Below, piece by piece: positions 9,870 to 19,133 of a stretch of DNA of 64,000 nt; the stretch's first letter is position 1; every line of letters starts with the position of its first letter. Made by a program: the position numbers and the translations under genes. A model generated the notes under the pieces. It made no database searches. It saw nothing but the letters and a program-made list of their open reading frames with translations, and was not told the DNA's origin. The DNA is from Verrucomicrobiia bacterium (lineage in GTDB: Bacteria; Verrucomicrobiota; Verrucomicrobiia; JADLBR01), in contig DAOOOX010000003.1 of the NCBI GenBank assembly GCA_035387945.1, positions 203,126-267,125 of the forward strand, in the 5' to 3' direction.

Positions 9870-12416
9870 ATGGGATATCCCGCCAAGTCCGCAGCCGAAC
9901 AGATCAGGGGTAGCCGCGAGCCTGGGCAAGCGGGAGACGACTCGACGCCGCTCGCCGCCGCTGGCCCCGGTTCTGGCATGCGTCGCCTGACGCACGCCCT
10001 CCTCATCTTTTGCGCCGCCCTTCCTTTGGCCGCCGCGCCCCAGGCCCCCGCGCCGAGGCTGCTGGAGGTCAAGGTTTACCCGCCCGAGGTTCAGCTTTCC
10101 TCCAAACCCGACTTGCAGAGCCTCGTCGTGCAGGCGAGATACGAGGATCGCACCACCCGCGATGCCACCAGTCGCTCGGAATACCGCATCCAGAACGAGG
10201 GCATCGTGAAGTGGGACCATGGGGCGCTGCGGCCCATCGCCGATGGCGAGACGCGGCTGATCGCCCGCCTCGAGGGCCACGAGGTGAGCGTCCCCATCAA
10301 GGTCGTGGGCGTCACCAACGAGCCGCCCGTGAGCTTCAAGCTCGACGTGATGCCGGTCTTCATGAAGGCCGGTTGCAACACCGGCGCATGCCACGGATCG
10401 GCGCGCGGGCAGGACGGATTCCGGCTGTCGCTCTTCGGTTTCGATCCTAACGGCGACTATCTCCGGCTGACGCGCGAGCGCGCCGGGCGCCGCCTCGATC
10501 TGGCGCGGCCCGGGGCGAGCCTGCTCCTGGCCAAGGCCACCGGCCGCGTCACCCACACCGGCGGTCGCCTCTTCGGGGAGGACTCCGAACTGTACGACAC
10601 CCTCTTGCGCTGGATACGCGCGGGGGCTCCGGAGGATCCCGCCAACATACCTGCACCCGTCTCGCTCGAGGTGTTCCCCCGGGAGATCGTCATGGAGGGC
10701 AGCGGCCACCCGCAGCAGCTCGTCGCCCGCGTGAAATATTCCGATGGCACCGATCGCGACGTGACCGGCGAGGCCGTCTTCCTCAGCAACAACCCGCCGA
10801 CCGCCTCGGTCTCCGACCGCGGCCGCGTGCTGTCCGCCAGCCCGGGCGAGGCGTTCGTCATGGCCCGCTACGCCACGTTCACCGTCGGCGCCCAGGTCAT
10901 CGTCGTTCCCAAGAATTCCCCGCGCAACCTCCCCGTGCCGCCCGCCAACAACTACATTGATACGCTGATCAACGCCAAGCTCGGGAAGCTCCGCATATGC
11001 CCATCCGATGTCTGCGACGACGCCGTGTTCTTGCGCCGCGCCTTCATCGATGTCATCGGCGGGCTCCCCTCCCGCGCCGAGTACGACGACTTCATGGCCG
11101 ACGCCGATCCCGCAAAGCGCCAGCGGCTCATCGATGCGCTCCTCGCGCGCAAGGAATTCGTGGAGCTCTGGGTCATGAAGTGGGCCGAACTGCTCCAGAT
11201 CCGCACCGTGGTCAACCAGTTCAGCTACAAGTCCGTGGTTCTCTACTATTCGTGGCTCCAGGATCGGCTCGCGAAGAATGTCCCCATCGATCAGATCGTG
11301 CGCGAGCTGCTCGGGGCCTCGGGCGGCACCTTCACCAATCCGGCGACGAATTATTACGAGATAGAGAAGGACAAATTGAAATTGGCCGAGAACTGCGCGC
11401 AGGTCTTTATGGGCATGCGCCTCCAGTGCGCCCAGTGCCACAATCACCCGTTCGATCGCTGGACCATGGACGATTACTACGGTTTCGCCGCGTTTTTCTC
11501 GCAGGTCGGGCGCAAGAATGCCGAGGATCCCCGCGAGCGCATCATCTTCAACGGGGGCGGCGGCATGACGGAGCACCCCGTCACGAAAAAGGACGTTCCG
11601 CCCGCATTCCTCGGCGGCGGGCCCGCGAACACCGATGGCAAGGATCGGCGCGTCGTCCTGGCCGAATGGCTCACGAAACCCGATAACCCGTATTTCGCGC
11701 GCAACCTCGCCAACATCATCTGGGCACATTTCTTCGGCCGCGGGATCGTCGAGCCCGTCGATGACATCCGCATCAGCAACCCCCCCTCAAACCCCGAACT
11801 GCTCGACGCGCTGGCCTCAAAACTCGTCGAGTACAAGTTCGATTTCCGCCGCCTGATCCGCGACCTCTGCGGTTCGCGCACCTACCAGCTCTCCACCCTG
11901 CCCAATGACACCAACGCCCACGACGGGCGCAATTTTGCGAAGGCCGCCATCCGGCGCATCCGGGCCGAGGTCCTGCTGGACTGCATCTCGGAGGTCACCG
12001 GCACGAAGGACAAGTTCCGCGGTCTGCCGGAGGGCGCCCGCGCGGTCCAGATCGCCGACGGGAACACGACCTCCTACTTTTTGACGACCTTCGGGCGCGC
12101 CACCCGCGAGTCGGTCTGCTCCTGCGAGGTCGTGATGCAGCCCAACCTCTCGCAGGCGCTGCACCTTCTCAACGGAGAGACGACGCACCAGAAGATCAAG
12201 CAGGGCGGCATCGTCGCCGCTATCGCCAAGGAACAATCCCCGGCGCTCGTCATCCGCGAACTCTATCTGCGTTGCCTCCAGCGCCCACCTACCGTCGAGG
12301 AGGAGAAGGATCTCCTCGCCCGCGCCAGCGCGGCCCCCGAGGCCGAACGCCAGCAGATCCTCGAGGATGTATTCTGGGCACTTTTGAATTCGAAGGAGTT
12401 CGTCTTCAATCACTGA
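9870..12416 (+). CDS. PSD1/DUF1549 + DUF1553 domain protein with an Ig-like segment
   Basis: DUF1549 signature MPVFMKAGCNTGACHGSARGQDGFRLSLFG. DUF1553/PSD1 signature LQCAQCHNHPFDRWTMDDYYGFAAFF. AGGAGG Shine-Dalgarno 7 nt upstream of ATG 9870. Start is 3 nt after the upstream stop. Confidence 0.85.
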   Translation: MGYPAKSAAEQIRGSREPGQAGDDSTPLAAAGPGSGMRRLTHALLIFCAALPLAAAPQAPAPRLLEVKVYPPEVQLSSKPDLQSLVVQARYEDRTTRDATSRSEYRIQNEGIVKWDHGALRPIADGETRLIARLEGHEVSVPIKVVGVTNEPPVSFKLDVMPVFMKAGCNTGACHGSARGQDGFRLSLFGFDPNGDYLRLTRERAGRRLDLARPGASLLLAKATGRVTHTGGRLFGEDSELYDTLLRWIRAGAPEDPANIPAPVSLEVFPREIVMEGSGHPQQLVARVKYSDGTDRDVTGEAVFLSNNPPTASVSDRGRVLSASPGEAFVMARYATFTVGAQVIVVPKNSPRNLPVPPANNYIDTLINAKLGKLRICPSDVCDDAVFLRRAFIDVIGGLPSRAEYDDFMADADPAKRQRLIDALLARKEFVELWVMKWAELLQIRTVVNQFSYKSVVLYYSWLQDRLAKNVPIDQIVRELLGASGGTFTNPATNYYEIEKDKLKLAENCAQVFMGMRLQCAQCHNHPFDRWTMDDYYGFAAFFSQVGRKNAEDPRERIIFNGGGGMTEHPVTKKDVPPAFLGGGPANTDGKDRRVVLAEWLTKPDNPYFARNLANIIWAHFFGRGIVEPVDDIRISNPPSNPELLDALASKLVEYKFDFRRLIRDLCGSRTYQLSTLPNDTNAHDGRNFAKAAIRRIRAEVLLDCISEVTGTKDKFRGLPEGARAVQIADGNTTSYFLTTFGRATRESVCSCEVVMQPNLSQALHLLNGETTHQKIKQGGIVAAIAKEQSPALVIRELYLRCLQRPPTVEEEKDLLARASAAPEAERQQILEDVFWALLNSKEFVFNH

Positions 12417-12420
12417 CGCC

Positions 12421-15400
12421 GTGCAAAGTATCCCAAGCAGTCCGATCAATACCGTCGTTGGACCCCGGGGCCGGCGTACCTCCCCGCATTGTGTCGGGAG
12501 GGTCCGCATCCGCCGCCCAGGCGCCGGTGTTCCGCTCCTGGCGTTGTTCGCTGTCGCCCTCGCCACCCCCGCTGTCGCAGACCCTCCAAATTTTGATGAG
12601 CAGATGAAGCCGATCCTGCGGGAGAACTGTGCCGGCTGCCACAATCCCGCTACGGCGCGCGGAGGCCTCGACCTCACGAGCTACGGTTCGCTCATGCGGG
12701 GCGGCTCGTCGGGAGACGTGGTCGTGCCCGGCGACCCGGACGCAAGCACCCTATTCCAACTGATCTCCCATCAGCGCGAGCCGCACATGCCGCCGAATGC
12801 GCCGCGTCGGCCCGACGCCGACTTGGAGACGGTGCGCCAATGGATCGCCGGTGGGCTGCTCGAGCGAAAGGGAGGGACCGCGCAGGCCGCCGCGAAAGCC
12901 AAGGTCGATCTCCGCGTCAGCGGCTCGGCGATGCAGCGACCCGCGGGGCCGCCGCCGATGCCCGAGGGATTGTCGCTGCAGCCCGTGTCGCGGCCAGAGC
13001 GCACGGGCCCCGTCGTCGCGATGGCTGCCAGCCCGTGGGCCCCCCTCGTGGCGCTCGCGGGCGCCGGCCAGATCGCCGTCTACCGCACCGATAGCCTTGA
13101 GCTTGTCGGCGTGTTGCCGTTCTCCGAGGGCGATCCCCATGCGCTCAAGTTCAGCCGCAGTGGCAAGCTCCTCCTCTGCGGTGGCGGCGTCGGGGCCAGC
13201 AGGGGCCGGGTCGTCATCTGGGACGTCGTCACCGGCAAACGCCTCAGCGAAGTCGGCGATGAATTCGACGCGGTGCTGGCCGCCGACATCAGCCCCGACC
13301 AGGGTGCAGTCGCGCTCGGGGGCCCTGCGCGGCTTGTCCGAATCTACGCCGCCGATGACGCGCACCTCATCCGTGACATCAAGAAGCACACGGATTGGGT
13401 GACCGCCATCGAATACAGCCCCGATGGCGTGCTGCTCGCCACCGGCGACCGCGGCGGCGGCCTCATCCTCTGGGAGGCGCAGGGCGGCGAAGAATTTCAG
13501 GTGCTCCAGGGGCACCAGGGCGCGATCACCGACGTGAGTTGGCGCAAGGACGCAGACGTGCTCGCATCGGCGAGCGAGGACGGGACCATCCGCCTTTGGA
13601 ATCCGAACGACGGTAAGCAGATCAAACAGTGGAACGCGCACGATGGCGGCGTTCTGTCGGTCGAATACGCGAACGATGGGCGGATCGTCTCCTGTGGCCG
13701 CGATCGACGGGTCCGGATCTGGGACGGCTCGGGCAAACAGGAGAGCGCCATTGAGGGATTCGGGGACATCGTGCTCTCTGTCGCGATCAGCGACGACGGC
13801 AAGCGCGCCATCGCCGGCGACTGGGGCGGCGGGGTGGCGGTCATCGACACCGGCACCGGCGAACGGTTGGGTGCGCTTCGGGCCGATCCGCCCACCTTGG
13901 CGGAGAACATCGCCCAGGCCACCGCGGCCATCGCGTCATCCCGGGCGAAGATCAATTCCATCCAGGAACAGCTTGCGCACGCGCAGGCCGCCGCAGTTAC
14001 CCACGATGCCTCGCTCGATGCCATCAAGTCCCGCGCCGCGGAGGCCGAAAAGAAATTCAAGGAGGCCGAGGGCCAAGCCGCGGCGCTCGCCAAGGCCGCC
14101 GAGGCCGCAGCCGCCGAATTAGAGAAGACCAGGACCGCGATCGCCGCCAAGGAAAGCGAGACTGCCACCATCGCGGGCCGCCGCAAAGCCGAGATGGAGA
14201 AGCTCGCCGCCGCCAGCGCGGCCCTCGCTTCGATGGAGGGCGCGATCGCCGAGCAGAAGAAGAAAGCCGATGCGCTCGTCGCCGCGCAGGCCACCGCCAA
14301 GGCGGACGCCGACGCGAACGCCACCGATCCCGCAAAGGCCGCGGCCGCCGCGAAAGCCCAGCAAGAGGCGCAGGCCGCCGCCGCCGAGTTGGATCGGCTC
14401 GCCCAGGCGCAGGCCCAAGCCCGCACTGGAGTGGAAAAAATTGCGGCCGCCATCAAGGCCATCAACGACGAGGCCGCGAGGTCCAACGCAAATGCCGAGG
14501 CCCTTCGAAAGGTCGCCGAGGAGAAGAAGAGACTCGCCGATGATGCGGCCGCCAAAGTGGCCGATGCCGACAAGGCCCGCCAGGCCGCAGCGGCCGCCCG
14601 CGATGAGACTGGCAAGACGGTCGCCGCCGCATTGCCCAGGGCCGACGCCGCGCGCAAACAGGCCGGCGAATTACAGAGGTCGTTGGAGAACACGCGGCGC
14701 GAGATGACCGTCGCCGAGGCCGTGCTCGAGCGCGGCCGCGACGCGCAATTGGACGAATTGATCCGCGCCACCGCGCGCCGCATCGCCCCCAATGCCAAGG
14801 AACCCCCGCCGCTCCCGGAATTGGTGCAGGCAGCGTCGGTGGCCATCGATAAACTCAGGCCCTCGGATCTCCACCAGGAGACAAACGCACTCGTCTCAGC
14901 CAACGGTGGCGCCGGCGGCGCCCGCGTTGCCGGGCGCGGGCCCCTCGCCCAACCGCCCTGGTTCTTCCTCGGCAGGTTCCACCTCGTGCTGCTCCATCTG
15001 CCCATCGGAATCCTGCTGGCCGCGTTCCTGCTTGAGATGGATTTCCTCTGGCGGCGCAACGAGTGGAGCGGGCGATTCGCCGGGCAGTTGTTGTACTTGG
15101 GTGCCGCGATGGCCGCGCTCACCGCGATCTTCGGCCTCCTCCTCGCCCTCGAGCCAGGCTACGACCCCGCCGACATCCGCGCGCACAAGTGGCTCGGCAT
15201 CGCCGCCGCCGCCGGTGCCATAGGCGCCGCGTTGACCCGTCGCCTCACCATGAAATGGGGGCGCGTCGCCTACTGGAGCCTCTTCGGCCAGATGCTGCTC
15301 TGCGTGCTGCTCGCCGGCCACGCGGGTGGCGAACTCACCCACGGCAAGGGATTTCTCACGCGCTATCTTCCCCACTGGTTCGCGTCGTCCATCGGGGCCC

Positions 15401-15768
15401 GCGTCGCCGACCCCGCCACCGACGGATCAGAATTCGACACCAGCATACGACCCATCTTCGAGGCCAACTGCCAATCCTGCCACGGCGCCCAGCGCCAGAG
15501 CGGCGGCCTCCGCCTCGATCGCCGCGAAACCGCCTTCGCCGGAGGCAAGAGTGGCCTCCCCGCCATTGTCCCCGGTCGTCCGCTGGAGAGCGAATTGATC
15601 CGCCGCGTGCTCCTGCCCCGCGAGCACGACGATGCGATGCCCCCCTCCAGCAAACCCGGCATCCGCGACCAGGACGTCATGCGCCTCGTCCGCTGGATCA
15701 ACGCCGGCGCCCCATGGTCGGCTCGGCCGCCCGCCACCGCATCGGTCACCCCCGGCCACCCGCAGTGA
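12421..15768 (+). CDS. Multi-module protein: PSCyt1 (planctomycete cytochrome c) - WD40 propeller - Ala/Lys/Glu coiled coil - 4 TM helices (His-rich) - PSCyt1
   Basis: N-terminal CAGCHN...GDPDASTLFQLI...EPHMPP and C-terminal CQSCHG...PGRPLESELIRRVL...DDAMPP. Central WD repeats (IRLWNP, VRIWDG). A long AEAxKK coiled coil. Hydrophobic helices HLVLLHLPIGILLAAFLL etc. Confidence 0.8.
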   Translation: MQSIPSSPINTVVGPRGRRTSPHCVGRVRIRRPGAGVPLLALFAVALATPAVADPPNFDEQMKPILRENCAGCHNPATARGGLDLTSYGSLMRGGSSGDVVVPGDPDASTLFQLISHQREPHMPPNAPRRPDADLETVRQWIAGGLLERKGGTAQAAAKAKVDLRVSGSAMQRPAGPPPMPEGLSLQPVSRPERTGPVVAMAASPWAPLVALAGAGQIAVYRTDSLELVGVLPFSEGDPHALKFSRSGKLLLCGGGVGASRGRVVIWDVVTGKRLSEVGDEFDAVLAADISPDQGAVALGGPARLVRIYAADDAHLIRDIKKHTDWVTAIEYSPDGVLLATGDRGGGLILWEAQGGEEFQVLQGHQGAITDVSWRKDADVLASASEDGTIRLWNPNDGKQIKQWNAHDGGVLSVEYANDGRIVSCGRDRRVRIWDGSGKQESAIEGFGDIVLSVAISDDGKRAIAGDWGGGVAVIDTGTGERLGALRADPPTLAENIAQATAAIASSRAKINSIQEQLAHAQAAAVTHDASLDAIKSRAAEAEKKFKEAEGQAAALAKAAEAAAAELEKTRTAIAAKESETATIAGRRKAEMEKLAAASAALASMEGAIAEQKKKADALVAAQATAKADADANATDPAKAAAAAKAQQEAQAAAAELDRLAQAQAQARTGVEKIAAAIKAINDEAARSNANAEALRKVAEEKKRLADDAAAKVADADKARQAAAAARDETGKTVAAALPRADAARKQAGELQRSLENTRREMTVAEAVLERGRDAQLDELIRATARRIAPNAKEPPPLPELVQAASVAIDKLRPSDLHQETNALVSANGGAGGARVAGRGPLAQPPWFFLGRFHLVLLHLPIGILLAAFLLEMDFLWRRNEWSGRFAGQLLYLGAAMAALTAIFGLLLALEPGYDPADIRAHKWLGIAAAAGAIGAALTRRLTMKWGRVAYWSLFGQMLLCVLLAGHAGGELTHGKGFLTRYLPHWFASSIGARVADPATDGSEFDTSIRPIFEANCQSCHGAQRQSGGLRLDRRETAFAGGKSGLPAIVPGRPLESELIRRVLLPREHDDAMPPSSKPGIRDQDVMRLVRWINAGAPWSARPPATASVTPGHPQ

Positions 15769-15785
15769 GCAACCGGGCGCCCGCC

Positions 15786-17051
15786 TCAGACGCCTAAGCA
15801 CTTCCCCACGACTCGCATCGTGTCTGCCTGACGTCGATGCACGAAGTCCATCGCCCGCCCCACCTTTGCCAGCGCGCCGGGATAGTCGTCGTGAATCGCG
15901 AACAGCGTTTCCGCCATTCTTTCCGCAGGCGTGGAGTCGAATTCCAGCAGCCATTCGGGCAGGCCGATGTCTTTGAACATCCAGCATTTCGGGCTGTGGA
16001 ACTCCGAGTAGGTGTGAATGACCGGCGTGCCGTTTGCCAGCGCGATGATCAGCGAGTGCGGTTCGTGGCAGACGGCGGTGTGCGCGCGGGCGAAGACGGA
16101 CGCCGCCTCGTCGGAGTTCCAGAAGTAATCGAGGTTCACGACGTGCTCGCGGATATCCGGCGGCAGCGGGTCGTGGATAAGGCGCCTGTTGTGCCCCATC
16201 TCTTTCTTCACTTCGGGGGCGATGAGCACCTTGAATCCGGTGCGCTTCACCCAGCGCGTGATGAGGTCGCGATACACGGCGGCGCGGCGCTCGTCGTCCG
16301 CGATCTGCTCCGGCGTGGGATGCAGCGGATTGAGCTTGGGCGTGCGCGTGTCGTCCACGCCGGGAAGCTTGGCGGTGTTGGTGCGAAGCTGGAGGGTGAT
16401 GAACTTCCGCTCCTCAAGGCCAAGCTTCTCCATCGTGGCCAGCCCGCGCTGCTCGTCGCGCACGTCGATGCCAAAGCAGCCGTCGGGCCCGAATTCTAGC
16501 ACGGCTGTTTTCACGTCGGCGCGGCGCAGGATGTCGAGCGTCTTGGTTTCGCGGCAATAGATGAACGCGGCGCCGCTGAGCATGGCGATCCGCTCCGCGG
16601 AGCCCTCGCCCTCGACCATGCTGGGGAAGTAGGACTGGCCGTAGAGTCCATACGGTTTGCCGAACTTCCGGCAGAATTCCATGAAGCTCGTGTCCTGGCC
16701 CATGCCGGAGTTGCGGATGAACAGATCGGCCCCGCGGATCGCTTCCTGCAACCGCACGTCCCGCCCGGTCGTACCCGTGAGGCTGCCTTGCAGGATCTCC
16801 ACCTTCGGAAAACGGGCGCGCAACATCGCGGTGACGCGGTCATCGAGCTTCATCGCCCACACGACCACGCGCACGTCTGGCAGATGCTGCTCGATGACGC
16901 GAAGAGTTCCCGGCGTGTGCCCGATGTCGCCAATGTTCACCGTGTCCCACGCGGACTGGAGCAGGATGGTCTTGGGCTTACCGCTCGCCGCATGCGCGCC
17001 CACGCCGAGAACGGCCGAAATGAACGCAATAAAATCTCTCCGAGAAGTCAT
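15786..17051 (-). CDS. Polysaccharide pyruvyl transferase family protein (Tat signal)
   Basis: MTSRRDFIAFISAVLGVGAHA Tat-like signal. SAWDTVNIGDIGHTPGTL motif typical of PS_pyruv_trans (CsaB-like). Confidence 0.55.
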   Translation of the reverse strand: MTSRRDFIAFISAVLGVGAHAASGKPKTILLQSAWDTVNIGDIGHTPGTLRVIEQHLPDVRVVVWAMKLDDRVTAMLRARFPKVEILQGSLTGTTGRDVRLQEAIRGADLFIRNSGMGQDTSFMEFCRKFGKPYGLYGQSYFPSMVEGEGSAERIAMLSGAAFIYCRETKTLDILRRADVKTAVLEFGPDGCFGIDVRDEQRGLATMEKLGLEERKFITLQLRTNTAKLPGVDDTRTPKLNPLHPTPEQIADDERRAAVYRDLITRWVKRTGFKVLIAPEVKKEMGHNRRLIHDPLPPDIREHVVNLDYFWNSDEAASVFARAHTAVCHEPHSLIIALANGTPVIHTYSEFHSPKCWMFKDIGLPEWLLEFDSTPAERMAETLFAIHDDYPGALAKVGRAMDFVHRRQADTMRVVGKCLGV

Positions 17052-17199
17052 GCCGAATAATGGCAGGAATCCGCCTCTTGGAACATCACTTCATCACACG
17101 CATGGGAATCACCCCCCATTGGTCAGCCGAGCCGTCACCCCATTCCGAAACCCTGAATCGGTCAGCGACTGATCACCCGGCCATCCGCCATGCCTTCCT

Positions 17200-17290
17200 T
17201 TGGGAGGGACGCCGGCCCCGGCGTCCGCCATCCACCAGCATGCGCCCACACCATGGCCAGCGCGGCCAGCGAGGCCGCGGGCCCTCCCCA
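17200..17290. repeat. R1 repeat unit (hairpin ggacgccggccccggcgtcc) immediately 3' of the minus-strand amidase gene
   Basis: Sequence tgggagggacgccggccccggcgtccgccatccacc...gcgggccctcccc. Confidence 0.6.
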
Positions 17291-17302
17291 ACATCGCTTG
17301 TC

Positions 17303-19030
17303 CTAGCACCATTCTGGTCCGACCCCGAAGTAAGGATACCGCACGTTTTTAAACGGGGGTCGACTCAATGCGAGCGTCGCCATGAAGGTCGGGGCCTTGC
17401 GCACCCGGGTCGCCTGTTCGAACGCATAGGCAATCTTGATCAGAACCGGCTCGCTCCATGCCCTGCCGTAGAACGAAATGCCGATCGGCAGGCCCAGATG
17501 GAATCCGCCCGGGACGGTGATGTGCGGGTAGCCGGCGACTGCGGGGAGCTGGCTGCTACTCGGAATACCGCGACGACCACCCGGCGTCGCGAGGTCGATG
17601 GGTTCCGCCGGTCCGTCCGATGGACCCATCAGTGCGTCTAGCCTGTACTTGTCCATGGCGGCGTCGATACCTTTGGCGCGACTCAGGTCGACGCAGGTCG
17701 CCCGCGCGTCGATGTATGCCTGATCGGTCAGCGGCCCCCGCGCCTCGGAGGCAATGAACATCTCCTGCCCAAAGTATGGCATTTCGAGGTCCCTGTGAGA
17801 CTCGTTGAATGCGATGAGGCGCCCCAGCGTTCGATGCGGCACCGCGGCGGGCATGGTGGCGAGGTAGGCGTTCAGGTCGGCCTTGAACTCGTATAGCATG
17901 ACGACCCGCTCGCTGGCGCCCAGCTGCCCGGTCGTCCGAATCTCGGCGGGATCGATGACCTCAGCTCCCTTTGCCTTGAGCGTCGCGATGGCCGCCTCAA
18001 CCATCTGATCGACTATCGGGTTGGCGCCGGTCCGCAGATAGGGAACGCCGATGCGGGCACCGCGCAGGCCGTCCGCGTCGAGGAACGCCGTGTAATCCAG
18101 ATTGTCGCGGCCCTTGGACGCGGCCGTGGCGGGATCGCGAGGATCCACGCCCGCCATGGCCGTGAGTACCGCGGCCGCATCGGCGACGGTCCGGCACATG
18201 GGCCCCGGCGTGTCCTGGCTGTGGGCGATGGGGATGACGCCAGCCCTGCTCACCAGCCCCACTGTGGGCTTGATGCCGACGATGCCGTTGGCGCTCGCGG
18301 GGCTAATGATGGAGCCGTCGGTCTCGGTCCCGACCGCGGCGGCGCAGCAGTTGGCCGAGACGGCTGCGCCGGATCCAGAGCTCGACCCGCTGGGGCTTCG
18401 GTCGAGCACGTATGGGTTCCTGCACTGGCGGCCCCGGCCGCTCCATCCCGAGGACGAACGGGTCGATCGGAAATTCGCCCACTCGGACATATTCGCCTTG
18501 GCGAGGGCGACGCAGCCCGCAGCGCGCAATCGCTCGACCAAGAAGGCGTCGCTCCCCGCGAAATTCCCCTCGAGGGCGAGGGAGCCCGCGGTCGTTTGCA
18601 TGCGATCATGCGTGTCGATGTTGTCCTTGAGGATCACCGGGATACCGTGAAGAGGACCGCGCACGCGGCCCTCCCTTCGCTCCGCATCCAGTTGGGCCGC
18701 GATGTGGAGCGCATCGGGATTGGTCTCGAGGACGGCCCGGATTGCCGGCCCTTTGCGATCGAGTGCCGCGATTCGTTGCAGGTAAGCGCGGGTGATGCCA
18801 GACGAGGTGAGCGTGCCCGCCTTCATCCCATCCTGTAGCTGGGCAATGGACATCTCTTGGAGCGGAAACGTCATCCGCCCCGCGGCGATCTCTGATGGCG
18901 CGTGGGAGCAGCCGGCCATGGGCAATGCCGCCGCGGCAGCCGCCAGTGTTCCCAGGGCGATGAAGTCCCGGCGGCTGAGCGGGGGCGTGTTGTGCGCGCT
19001 GCGTGCGGTATCCACCGATCCTTTGTCCAT
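17303..19030 (-). CDS. Amidase-signature family amidase (Tat/lipoprotein-type N-terminus)
   Basis: GGSSGGS-type block DRSPSGSSSGSGAAVSAN and KDNIDT. Start taken at ATG 19030 (MDKGSV...SRRDFIALGTLAAAAAALPMAGC). The upstream part of the track ORF to 19624 looks non-coding. Confidence 0.8.
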   Translation of the reverse strand: MDKGSVDTARSAHNTPPLSRRDFIALGTLAAAAAALPMAGCSHAPSEIAAGRMTFPLQEMSIAQLQDGMKAGTLTSSGITRAYLQRIAALDRKGPAIRAVLETNPDALHIAAQLDAERREGRVRGPLHGIPVILKDNIDTHDRMQTTAGSLALEGNFAGSDAFLVERLRAAGCVALAKANMSEWANFRSTRSSSGWSGRGRQCRNPYVLDRSPSGSSSGSGAAVSANCCAAAVGTETDGSIISPASANGIVGIKPTVGLVSRAGVIPIAHSQDTPGPMCRTVADAAAVLTAMAGVDPRDPATAASKGRDNLDYTAFLDADGLRGARIGVPYLRTGANPIVDQMVEAAIATLKAKGAEVIDPAEIRTTGQLGASERVVMLYEFKADLNAYLATMPAAVPHRTLGRLIAFNESHRDLEMPYFGQEMFIASEARGPLTDQAYIDARATCVDLSRAKGIDAAMDKYRLDALMGPSDGPAEPIDLATPGGRRGIPSSSQLPAVAGYPHITVPGGFHLGLPIGISFYGRAWSEPVLIKIAYAFEQATRVRKAPTFMATLALSRPPFKNVRYPYFGVGPEWC

Positions 19031-19133
19031 GGAAAAACTGGGCGGATCGCGCGCGGGCGACAAGCGCGAAAGGGCCCAGCCTACAGGAGGCATGAATCGT
19101 CTGTGGCAAGGCCGCTCCCGGCTTCGGCACCCG

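Noticed and set aside
7929-11729. 1266-aa minus-strand ORF, plus other very long antisense ORFs (13497..15122 -, 4421..5659 -, 32146..34227 -, 48929..50728 -, 39184..40275 -, 54250..55503 +, 42226..43413 +)
   Set aside because: They lie antisense to strongly supported genes (PSD1/DUF1553, PSCyt-WD40, GH5, FGE-ASST, pnp, metallophosphoesterase, flotillin, GT). Their sequences are low-complexity Arg/Ala/Gly/Pro-rich, typical of stop-codon-poor antisense frames in 65% GC DNA. No recognisable motifs.
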